From Candidatus Pacebacteria bacterium CG2_30_36_39 (GTDB taxonomy: Bacteria > Patescibacteriota > Microgenomatia > UBA1400 > PJMF01), in contig MNZB01000004.1 in assembly GCA_001873435.1 (NCBI GenBank), positions 307,004 through 371,003 of the forward strand: a stretch of DNA of 64,000 bases. Direction: 5' to 3'. Under the pieces are notes generated by a model. The model did no database searches. It worked only from the letters and a program-made list of their open reading frames with translations, and had not been told where the DNA came from. The translations under genes and the position numbers were made by a program. Positions 18,759 to 27,511 of the stretch are shown here, piece after piece (position 1 is the stretch's first letter; every line of letters starts with the position of its first letter).

Positions 18759-19817
18759 CTATAATTCTGCCACAGGTGGTAATGTTTGATCTACTTTTGG
18801 TTGATTTTGCACCACAATTGGAGCTACTTCAATTTCTTTTTTTACTTCGTTTGGTTGTAAAACTTGATTATTTGCAGTTTTTGCTGCCTCAAAGACTGTT
18901 TGGGTTTGAATTTGAGTAGGTGTTTGTTTTGGAATTTCAACAGGAGTAGTTTGATTTTGCGGGACAACCTGTAAATTTGGTCTTGGAGCAGCTTCTTCTG
19001 GCATTTCCTTTGGTACTACCGCCGAAGCTGCTATTTCAGCAGTTCCTGCTTCCGGCACATCTTTGACGGACTGAATGTTTTCTTTCTTAGAATCATTATC
19101 TTTAGTGAGACTGATTAATGAATTTAAGTCTGGAGCTGTTTGAGCCTGAACAGTCATTGTTTCATAATCTTGACTGTTGGTAATTTGCTGACCCTCATAG
19201 GCCTCTGGGTTATAGCTATTATAGAAAAACTCAATTATTTCTTGAGTTAAGATTTGTCTAGCGAATAAGCCAATTCTATTAAATTGAGCAATTAAGTGAT
19301 CTCTTCTTGGTTCCAGAACTCCAAGGCCCTTTTCTATTACTGCGGCTTTTTGTTCTTTGGTTAGACTAGGAGCACTACTGCCGGGAAGAACACTCTGTGG
19401 TGTAACCATGCCAACCTCTGCAGGAGAAGCAGGAATAGTTACATAGAATTTTTTATCAAGAACATTTCTTTCTTTGATTAATTGACCAACAAAACCCTGA
19501 TATCTTTGAATTAACGCTCTCTTTTCATTAGTAGTGGCTTTTTCAGCTTGAATATCTAATAAACGAAGATAAGCAGTCGCGTCTTTTGTTTTAGAACTAA
19601 TAATAATTTGAATTGGAAAGTTTAGTGAATTAAGGAGTGCGGCGTAGGCATAAATAATTGCATCTTGTTCTTGCTCTGCTAATAAGCCGAAATTCATTGC
19701 ACTGACCATTAAAGTCATGGAAACAGTTCCATCTTTTAAAATAGCTACGTCATTAGAAATATCAAAAATATCTAAAAACTTTTGTGTTGTGGAAGAAATA
19801 TCATCGCCAGCAGACAT
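18759..19817 (-). CDS. T4SS-associated protein (conserved partner between PrgI-like and VirB4-like genes)
   Basis: TQKFLDIFDI..LKDG..NFGLLAEQEQDAIIYAYAALLNSLNFPIQI..KKFYV; low-complexity tail; synteny. Confidence 0.7.
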   Translation of the reverse strand: MSAGDDISSTTQKFLDIFDISNDVAILKDGTVSMTLMVSAMNFGLLAEQEQDAIIYAYAALLNSLNFPIQIIISSKTKDATAYLRLLDIQAEKATTNEKRALIQRYQGFVGQLIKERNVLDKKFYVTIPASPAEVGMVTPQSVLPGSSAPSLTKEQKAAVIEKGLGVLEPRRDHLIAQFNRIGLFARQILTQEIIEFFYNSYNPEAYEGQQITNSQDYETMTVQAQTAPDLNSLISLTKDNDSKKENIQSVKDVPEAGTAEIAASAVVPKEMPEEAAPRPNLQVVPQNQTTPVEIPKQTPTQIQTQTVFEAAKTANNQVLQPNEVKKEIEVAPIVVQNQPKVDQTLPPVAEL

Positions 19818-19869
19818 ATCTGTCTATCGTACAGGAAAAGAAGATCACCTCGCAACTTGTAAACAAAAT

Positions 19870-20889
19870 TTAAACGGATCTTATTTCCAATGGTGTAATG
19901 ATTTTGCCGCTTAAAGTTAAAGTTTTTTCAGTAAATTGAAAATCTGTTTTTTCGACAGAAATAATATAAGTGCCATTAGGAAGGGCAGTGCTCAAACTAA
20001 ATTGTCCCAATAAATTAGTTTTTAATGAGGAGACAACCTGTCCCTGGGTTGTTTTTATTGTTATCACTGCTTGATCAACCAACTTATTGTCTTGAGTTAA
20101 AACCATACCAACAATAGTATTTGGAGTAGTTGGTTGTTTTGGAAAAGGAAGACTTTCGTTGGTGGAGATTGTTTCTTTTGGAATTTCTATCGTTTTGTTA
20201 ATAGGGATTGTTTCTGGAACTGGCTGCAGGATTGTTTTGTCTGCTGAGGCAATCTCAATTTTTTTATTAGTTTGTTGTTGCTGTTGAAAAATAATGTTTT
20301 CAGAGTTTTCAACCATGTCTTGACTTTTTTTAGCCAAATTTCTTACTTTTGGTACTAAATTTGGTTTTACTTTTCTTGGCGTTGCAGTTATTTCTGTTAC
20401 CTGAACATTTTCATAAAGAGCCAAAACATCTCTAATTTTTATGTTTTCTTCATCATCAAAGGAGTCGGTGGGTTTTTGATCTCCTACAGAACTAAGGTAT
20501 TCTTTAATTCTTTGTCTACGAGCTGGGGTTAAATCAATTTCAAAAGCTTCCTCTTCCTTGGTTTTTTCTCTTTTTTGGTGAGTAAAGGCAAATGGAATTT
20601 CTGTTTCTTTTTTCCAATAATATTTAGTTGGGTTATAAATAATCTTAAAAAATGTAGTAATCCAGTGATCCAAAGGTCTTTCTTCTATTGGAACAAAGGC
20701 GATAATTACACCAAATCCAGCCGAGAGAATAATAAGAGTCCATTTAACAATGCCTATTAAATTGGTGTTGTAAATAATTACAGCAATCACCACACCCAAA
20801 GCAACCTCTGCAAATTGCTTTAAGGTCATATTGCCAACAATATGAAATTTATATCCCACAACGTCTTGTGGAATTGGATGATCACGCAT
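19870..20889 (-). CDS. PrgI-family membrane protein with C-terminal beta-sandwich (carboxypeptidase-regulatory-like) domain
   Basis: HPIPQDVVGYKFHIVGNMTLKQF + 2 TM + RPLDHW; C-terminal GMV..KTNLLGQF..GTYII. Confidence 0.78.
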   Translation of the reverse strand: MRDHPIPQDVVGYKFHIVGNMTLKQFAEVALGVVIAVIIYNTNLIGIVKWTLIILSAGFGVIIAFVPIEERPLDHWITTFFKIIYNPTKYYWKKETEIPFAFTHQKREKTKEEEAFEIDLTPARRQRIKEYLSSVGDQKPTDSFDDEENIKIRDVLALYENVQVTEITATPRKVKPNLVPKVRNLAKKSQDMVENSENIIFQQQQQTNKKIEIASADKTILQPVPETIPINKTIEIPKETISTNESLPFPKQPTTPNTIVGMVLTQDNKLVDQAVITIKTTQGQVVSSLKTNLLGQFSLSTALPNGTYIISVEKTDFQFTEKTLTLSGKIITPLEIRSV

Positions 20890-20964
20890 GCTGTGTATAT
20901 CTTAGCGTGTCTCAATGACTGATGCTAGAGTTATGTTGAAAGAAAAAGAAAAAATCAGGGTAAA

Positions 20965-21951
20965 CTATTCAACTTTTACTGCTGGAGTGATAATTTCAGC
21001 GTCTATTATTTTTCCTTCATTGCTAAACAACTTTCCCACAAAGTGATAGAAAGGGTAAGCAATTTTTTGATTTAAGTCAGCTCGATATTCAATAGTAACA
21101 CTAGTTAAATCTCCAGATTCTATTTCTTTTAAAGAGATGGTTCCAGTTTCTTTATTATATGCGGAGATGATTGAAGCTTCTTGTCTATTATTTATATTGT
21201 CTATTGCCTCATTAATTGGAATGGTGGTCAAGTTTTTTTCGGTTAATAGCGGATAAATAAATTTATCTTGGAAAACTATTTTTTGAACTTCATAATCACT
21301 GTTTATTAATACTGATATAGCAGCCTGTTTTTGATGTTCTAGAAACAAGGGGATATTATTAATTGTATAGATGAAAGGTACTTCAATAATTGTTGTTTCA
21401 CCAAAAGATACTTCTCTAAGTTCTCCAATTCCATAAAAACGCTTAATTCCACCTTTGTACATAGTTAAAGGAAGGCTGTTAAAAACAGTTTTTACAAAGT
21501 CTTGAGCAACTTTTGTTGCTTTGTTTGTTTCAGAAATAAGATTGTCTTTTGGTGAGAAATTGGAATAAAAAAGATATGAATCATCTTGAGTATTATATGA
21601 GAGAGTAAACTTCTCACCTTTCCAAAGACCTGGTACATCAGGCACTATTTTTAGTGAATGCTCTTTTATTAATTGATCCTTTAGATATTCAGCTGTAATA
21701 GTGCTGGGACTAATTGTTGCTAACGGATATTTTGGTTTTGCTTCTGGAACTTCACCTGTAAAACGAATATTTTTAAATCTGGTTTGATCTCCGCCATTAT
21801 TTGTTATTACAAAATCTGTTTTGGGAATTATTGTTTCTTTTGGAGTAAAAATAGTAAAGAGTGTTGTTAAAACTAAGCCAACAACACTAATTCCAATCAA
21901 TATCACATACCATTTTTTTTCAGCTAAAAATGTTTTTTGAGTTTTATTCAT
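20965..21951 (-). CDS. Membrane-anchored extracytoplasmic hypothetical protein
   Basis: Single N-terminal TM; start ATG 21951 overlaps upstream stop; C-terminal YPFYHFVG...ITPAV. Confidence 0.7.
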   Translation of the reverse strand: MNKTQKTFLAEKKWYVILIGISVVGLVLTTLFTIFTPKETIIPKTDFVITNNGGDQTRFKNIRFTGEVPEAKPKYPLATISPSTITAEYLKDQLIKEHSLKIVPDVPGLWKGEKFTLSYNTQDDSYLFYSNFSPKDNLISETNKATKVAQDFVKTVFNSLPLTMYKGGIKRFYGIGELREVSFGETTIIEVPFIYTINNIPLFLEHQKQAAISVLINSDYEVQKIVFQDKFIYPLLTEKNLTTIPINEAIDNINNRQEASIISAYNKETGTISLKEIESGDLTSVTIEYRADLNQKIAYPFYHFVGKLFSNEGKIIDAEIITPAVKVE

Positions 21952-24900
21952 AACATGTCCTAACTGGATCATTTACTTTAACACTTGCTCCGTCTGGCAT
22001 TAAAGATGGTAAAGTTCCAGAATTTGGTGGACTACCAATTAAACCAAAATGTAGGTGAGGGCCAGAAGAATTACCAGTATTTCCCATGACTCCTAAAATT
22101 TCTCCAGCAGAAACACTTTTGCAAGAAAGAGTGTTTGAAGATCTCATGTGAGCTAATACAAAACTACCTTCAGCAGATTTTAAAACCACATGAATTCCAT
22201 AGCCTGGATCCATATTTCCAGGACAGGCTTCTCCATCAAAAGGAGCAAAAATTGGTGTACCTTCGCTATTAGCAATGTCAAAAGCATCAACTCTCTGATG
22301 TGAATAACTACCACCTGGTAGCTGAGTAATAGTTCCACTGGCGGGCCAACAACCAGCACCTTGAGAATAATCACCGATATAAACTACTTCACCAGTAATA
22401 GCGTTATCAGTGCCTTCCACACCCGTTTCTGGATCCTTAGCGAAGATTTTTAAATCAAAAGTATTTAAAATTGAGGCATTATCATATTTTTCATCAAATG
22501 TTTCTGAATAAGAGAGAACAACCGACTCTCCTGGAGTAATAACCATTTCCTCATATAATTCTGGAAAGTCAGTTAAATTTTTTATTCTATCTGGAATTGT
22601 TGGGGGAGTTTTGCCCTCCTCTTCCCAAGCCTTTTTGCTGTGGTTAACTTTTAAGGTGTCTTTGGCATCTAAAACTTGTAAAGTAAAGTTTCCTTTTGGA
22701 GTAATAGTGATCGTGTATTCAACTTTTAAAGGAAAGGCTGGGTTTTCACATTTGTTTTCTGGACAACCAGCAATAAATGCTCTTTTTTCAATAGTGACAT
22801 ATTCTGACTCTTTGCCCGGAGTAGAACCAGAAACAGTACTTAGAGGATCAACAATGGGGAAGTTGGCTAATAGAGCACCAGATTGAACGGCGTGTAAAAG
22901 TAGATTTCCCCCAGTAATTAAACCAGCTGATGTTAATACTGCTTGGGTTGCGATGTGGGTTACTGATTTGGTTACAATTAAATTTGAATGGGGAATGGCA
23001 TTGTTGATTGCTGCTTTTTTTGCCAAAGCGCTATTTGCAGCCGAGATCGATGAACTAGTGCTTGGAACATGAATGGCTGACGCACTTTTGGCACCACTAA
23101 ATAAATCACCAAACCATTTTTCTGCACCATATCCAAGCCAACCTCCACCAATGGCTCCAGCCAAGGCTCCGCCTGGGCCTCCAAAAATACCTCCCAAAAC
23201 TCCACCAAGGGTTGCACCAATACGACCACCCCATGTTAGTAGTGGAACAATCAAAGATCCAAGTCCTAAGCCACCACCAATTAATAAGGCCTGGCGACCC
23301 TTTTTTGTGGTAGCTATTTTTGCAAAGAAACCAAGAGCTGGGTGAATAGCTGTTCCAGCAGCAGCAGCTCCACTGCTCAAACCAGCTTCTGCAGCCTTTT
23401 CAGCCGCTTTAGCAGCTGCCTTTTTACTTAGTCTTGAGCTAACACCATTAATTCCTCTTTTGAGTTTGTTTCCCAATCCAGCCGTTTGTTTTCTAAAAGA
23501 TTTAATACTAGATAGTGGAGACCTAATAACTCCAGCTTGGGGAATGTATTGAGATTCATAGCCGTTGGCTTGAGATTGATCGTAAGATGCTGCGGCTCCG
23601 CCAATTAGAGGAGCTAAATCATGAATTGCTAACTCTCGTGGAACAAAATTAACATCATTGGCAATGTTTTTAACTGCATTGCCACCGGCTTCTCCATACC
23701 CCAAAGCAACGAGAATTTGTTCTCTTTCTTCGTATTGTATGTTTTCCCAGACACTTTTTAAAAAAGCTTCTTTTTTCTTACTATCTATTAGTGGGCTTTT
23801 ACCGTTGGTTAGTTCAACTATTTCTCCTGGGTTGGAAGAAATAGCTTTTGCTCCAACCATGGTTTTGTTAGTTGGAGCTGCTACTCCTCTAGCAAAAACC
23901 TGATTACTTTTACTAGCTGATATCTCGCCCTTGCTTTTATCTAGTAAATCTAGGGCTTCTCTAGTAGCAAATCTAGCTTCATTGTGTAATAAGATTTGTC
24001 CAGTTTTTCGGCCAAGAATTGATCTGCGAGCAATCCAAATTTCTTGTAATGATTCATAAATATCTGGTCTAAAAGGTATTTCATCACCAAAAATCAAGCG
24101 AAAGCGACCTTCATCAATGTATTTTAATAGTTCAATTGGGTAGGCCTGATCAATCCAGGAATCAATTACGTTAACAACGTTTGTTTTTGAAAGTGCCAAA
24201 CGATCGTCTCTAACACCAATTCTTCGAAGCTCTGTTTCAAGTAGCTTGTCTGTTTCTTTGGTTAGATAGTCAACGTCTCCGCTAGCAAGTTTGTCTCCAG
24301 AGAGACTAGTTAAGATTTCTTGTTCTTTAGAATTTTCAAAAACCCCAGAAAAACTTTGAATAAGGGGGCTTATATCTTCTCCCTGAGAGGCTCTTTCAAT
24401 TGCATTTTCTATTTGTTCTTTAATTTTGGGGTCGGTATTTCCTTTAACTATGTCTTCTAGTCTGTTTGAGATTAAAGAAGTGGTACGAAAATCGTTTTGT
24501 ACCATCCAAATATATTCTCGAATGAGAGTTAGTCTAGTTTCTGGATCAAGTAGGTTTTTATGTTTTCCATCTCCAATTACGGTAAGGAAAAAACCAGTTG
24601 TTTTTTGTGAAAGTAACTCACGAAGTTCTCTAGAATTCTGTAGGGTTCCAGGCGGTAATTTATGAAAAATTTCTAATTGAACAAGGGCTATTTCAGTAAA
24701 ATTAACAGACTGCTCTCTTAAAGCCGGACTAAATAGTTGGCTTTTAATATCAAGTAATTCTTCTGGTTTTGTTTCTTTTTTTTCTTCTAGTGGTCTATTT
24801 TCTTCGTCTTTACCTTCGTTTTCAGCGTTTTCTTCCTCGTTTTCTTGAGCCTGAGTAGTTCCGGTTGCAACCACTGCTGTATCCACCGATTGGGTTTCTT

Positions 24901-25450
24901 CTTCGTCCTCCTCTTTTTCTTCTTCTTCCTCTTTTTTTTCTGTTTTTTCTAAAGCGGCGATTAAAAATCTGGCTACTGGTTTAATATAGTCAGTTAATAA
25001 TGAGTTGAGATAGCGATCATCGTCTTTTGAAATTTCTAGATCAAAATCATGTGATTTACAGTAATCAATAATGGCAGTGGCTTTTTTTAGAACATCCGTT
25101 GGGGCTTCTTTTGTATAAAAAGATAGGATTGTTTGTGGATCGCCGCCTATTAATTTGTAATAAATGTCAGCGAATAAAAAAGCTAAATCGCTTTTATATA
25201 AAAAGAAGCCGGGATCTTCTTTGTCTTTCTCATCAGTGTCTTTTCTGTTTTTAGTTGTGTAATAGAGAGTGTCTAGGGAATAACTTTTAAAGAGTTGTGC
25301 ATACGAAAAATTGATTTGGGCTTCTTCTTTAATGTCTGTGTTGAGAATTAGTTTTAAAAAACCAATTGCTGATTCTTTGGTTAAACCATCAACAGCTCTT
25401 TTTAAAGCATAACGACCATTAGCTAGTGTGTATGAAGCATCATCAGCCAT
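21944..25450 (-). CDS. Large membrane protein with glycine-zipper segment and C-terminal M23 peptidase domain
   Basis: HQRVDAFDIA, GTPIFAP, GYGIHV, LAHM, GNTGNSSGPHLHF; GGRIGATLGGVLGGIFGGPGGALAGAIGGG. Confidence 0.82.
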   Translation of the reverse strand: MADDASYTLANGRYALKRAVDGLTKESAIGFLKLILNTDIKEEAQINFSYAQLFKSYSLDTLYYTTKNRKDTDEKDKEDPGFFLYKSDLAFLFADIYYKLIGGDPQTILSFYTKEAPTDVLKKATAIIDYCKSHDFDLEISKDDDRYLNSLLTDYIKPVARFLIAALEKTEKKEEEEEKEEDEEETQSVDTAVVATGTTQAQENEEENAENEGKDEENRPLEEKKETKPEELLDIKSQLFSPALREQSVNFTEIALVQLEIFHKLPPGTLQNSRELRELLSQKTTGFFLTVIGDGKHKNLLDPETRLTLIREYIWMVQNDFRTTSLISNRLEDIVKGNTDPKIKEQIENAIERASQGEDISPLIQSFSGVFENSKEQEILTSLSGDKLASGDVDYLTKETDKLLETELRRIGVRDDRLALSKTNVVNVIDSWIDQAYPIELLKYIDEGRFRLIFGDEIPFRPDIYESLQEIWIARRSILGRKTGQILLHNEARFATREALDLLDKSKGEISASKSNQVFARGVAAPTNKTMVGAKAISSNPGEIVELTNGKSPLIDSKKKEAFLKSVWENIQYEEREQILVALGYGEAGGNAVKNIANDVNFVPRELAIHDLAPLIGGAAASYDQSQANGYESQYIPQAGVIRSPLSSIKSFRKQTAGLGNKLKRGINGVSSRLSKKAAAKAAEKAAEAGLSSGAAAAGTAIHPALGFFAKIATTKKGRQALLIGGGLGLGSLIVPLLTWGGRIGATLGGVLGGIFGGPGGALAGAIGGGWLGYGAEKWFGDLFSGAKSASAIHVPSTSSSISAANSALAKKAAINNAIPHSNLIVTKSVTHIATQAVLTSAGLITGGNLLLHAVQSGALLANFPIVDPLSTVSGSTPGKESEYVTIEKRAFIAGCPENKCENPAFPLKVEYTITITPKGNFTLQVLDAKDTLKVNHSKKAWEEEGKTPPTIPDRIKNLTDFPELYEEMVITPGESVVLSYSETFDEKYDNASILNTFDLKIFAKDPETGVEGTDNAITGEVVYIGDYSQGAGCWPASGTITQLPGGSYSHQRVDAFDIANSEGTPIFAPFDGEACPGNMDPGYGIHVVLKSAEGSFVLAHMRSSNTLSCKSVSAGEILGVMGNTGNSSGPHLHFGLIGSPPNSGTLPSLMPDGASVKVNDPVRTCYE

Positions 25451-25497
25451 TGTTATTTATTATAGCTGTAATCTGGTTGAAACGCACGAGAAGTCAT

Positions 25498-27228
25498 CTA
25501 GATTAGATTGGCTATAAAACCACCTAGTGTTTCTGCTGGTTTGTTAATTATTGGCATGGTTTTTTTGGGAAAACTAGGGTTTATAGGAGAGCTATTTTTA
25601 GTAGAACTAGCATAATTTGGTGGTGATTTGTAATTCATTTCGCAACTCAAGCACCAATCACATTCTCCAATCCAAGTATTTAATGATCCACATCTCACGC
25701 AACTTCCCATACTCCAATCTTTAGCTCTGTCTGATCCAATGTATTTAGCCAAATCTTTTCTAGATAAACTTGCAAAATCAAAACTTCCCCTTAATTTAAT
25801 TAATTGCTGAACGCTTCCAATTGGACTTAGGGCAACACATTCAATTAGTGAAGTATTGAATGCTTTGGTGGCTGATGAAAAATTAAGATTTTTTGCAAGA
25901 GAAAGAGCAAAAGCTTCTTCACCTAAATTACCATATTTTTTGAAGTGTTCAAAAATTGAAACGCGTTTTTTACTTGATATTTTTTTGACATCCAGTATTC
26001 CAGCTAAAACAACTCTTTTAATAAATATTCCCAATTTGTTAACAGTATTAGTTTCCAGGTTTGGGTCGTTTTTTAATTCGTCTGAAAAAGTATCTAATAC
26101 TAATTCAGCATATTCCTTGAGAGCTGGTTCCATTTTTTCTATTTTTTTACGAGTGATTTTTTGTCTTATTTTTTTAAAGAATTTATTTTCTGGGAAAATT
26201 TCCAAAAATGTGTCAGAGGCAGTTTTTTCTTGAAAATTATTTGGTAAAGTTATTAGCTGTTCCATTACAAATTTTTCTTTGGCTTTGAAATCTAAATCAC
26301 TAAAGTTTTCAGGAACAGATATCCCTAATTTGGTAAATAGTTTTTTATGATCTGACCAATCTCTTGGCGCCATGTGTTGATCATGTAAAAGAATAAAGCG
26401 GTTTAGACTGGGAATAAATATTGGTTGAGCAATTACCATGACGCTTAGGTTGCCTTCATGTACTTCTGATTGTGGCATTAGATAGAGGTATTTTGGGCCA
26501 ATAGTAATTGGTTCTATTTGTTCAGTTAAACCCATTTTTCTTCTAACTTCAGGGCGAATAAATTGAAAAGAATCGGTTGGTGATAAGGTTTTCCAGCCTT
26601 TATTTTCCAGGATTTTTTGAGTTTTATTTTCTGGATTTCTGTTTGTTTTGACTTCTTTTTTATCTTCACTTATTAAAGCTATCCAGGCGTGTGGGGATTG
26701 ATTGAATAAGTCTCTGATGTTTAAAAGTAGCTGTTCTATTTGTTGTTTTTCCAATAAATAACGGTCTTTTTCTGCTTGATTGATGACTAAGGATTGAACA
26801 GCATCTTCACAGATTTGAAGTAAGTCTGGCCTGAGTTTGTATACATCGTCATAGAGAGCAATTTCCCCGGATTCTTTTTGAGCGATGTCATAGGCTAGGT
26901 GAGTAATTGGCAGTCTTTGGGTTTCAGATAATATGGAGCGAAAAAAATAGATTAGTAGATCGATTTGTTGTTGGCGATTTTTTATTGGTAGAACTTCTTT
27001 GATTAAAAAATTTAATATGACAATGATCTTGTCTTGTTCTGGGTTGGGGATTTCTTTGGTTGTTAAGTTTTCAGTTTCTGGTTTTTCCAACCTAGAAAGA
27101 TCGCTTAATTCATTGACTAAAGAAGCCGAAAAAATACCTCCTGTGTCAATAGAGCTTAATTCTTTAAAGCCAAATGTTGGTAAAAGTTGGTCGGTTGTGG
27201 TTGGTGTAAATGTTTGTTCTGATAACAC
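25498..27228 (-). CDS. Hypothetical protein with C-terminal Cys cluster (Zn-ribbon-like), riboswitch-preceded
   Basis: 576-aa ORF, GTG start after GAGGAG; CVRC..ECDWCLSC near C-terminus. Confidence 0.7.
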   Translation of the reverse strand: MLSEQTFTPTTTDQLLPTFGFKELSSIDTGGIFSASLVNELSDLSRLEKPETENLTTKEIPNPEQDKIIVILNFLIKEVLPIKNRQQQIDLLIYFFRSILSETQRLPITHLAYDIAQKESGEIALYDDVYKLRPDLLQICEDAVQSLVINQAEKDRYLLEKQQIEQLLLNIRDLFNQSPHAWIALISEDKKEVKTNRNPENKTQKILENKGWKTLSPTDSFQFIRPEVRRKMGLTEQIEPITIGPKYLYLMPQSEVHEGNLSVMVIAQPIFIPSLNRFILLHDQHMAPRDWSDHKKLFTKLGISVPENFSDLDFKAKEKFVMEQLITLPNNFQEKTASDTFLEIFPENKFFKKIRQKITRKKIEKMEPALKEYAELVLDTFSDELKNDPNLETNTVNKLGIFIKRVVLAGILDVKKISSKKRVSIFEHFKKYGNLGEEAFALSLAKNLNFSSATKAFNTSLIECVALSPIGSVQQLIKLRGSFDFASLSRKDLAKYIGSDRAKDWSMGSCVRCGSLNTWIGECDWCLSCEMNYKSPPNYASSTKNSSPINPSFPKKTMPIINKPAETLGGFIANLI

Positions 27229-27281
27229 AAAAGCTCCTCGTTAGAGGAGCATCGGGTAAGACAATGAATATCCCGATGCTC
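27229..27281 (-). terminator. Riboswitch expression platform (terminator/SD-sequestering hairpin and competing hairpin)
   Basis: Minus strand GCTCCTC-TAAC-GAGGAGC-TTTT (27250-27229) overlaps GAGCATCGGG...CCCGATGCTC (27281-27247). Confidence 0.7.
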
Positions 27282-27338
27282 GTCGGAAAAGTAATTTTAT
27301 TTGTTACTTTTCTTCTAGTTTTCCAGAGGAAAACTAGG

Positions 27339-27416
27339 TTACTCTGACCGGACTTGTCTTTGAAAAAGCTTCACCGTTGCGGCACAGTCCTCGAATTAAA
27401 CGAGACTTCCGAGTAA
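27339..27416 (-). ncRNA. Cobalamin riboswitch-like aptamer (compact type)
   Basis: Minus strand UUACUC-GGAAG-UCUCG UUUAAUU CGAGG-ACUGU GCCGCA ACGGU-...-AAGUCCGGUCA-GAGUAA: closing stem, GGAAG junction, T-loop hairpin, P5/L5, B12-box-like 3' strand. Confidence 0.75.
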
Positions 27417-27511
27417 TGGGGAAGTTATAGCATGCATGGGTGTTTATTGTCTACCAAACTAAAAATAGTTTTTTTTGAGATTTTTTTGAGTAAAAATGAT
27501 AGAATATAGTC

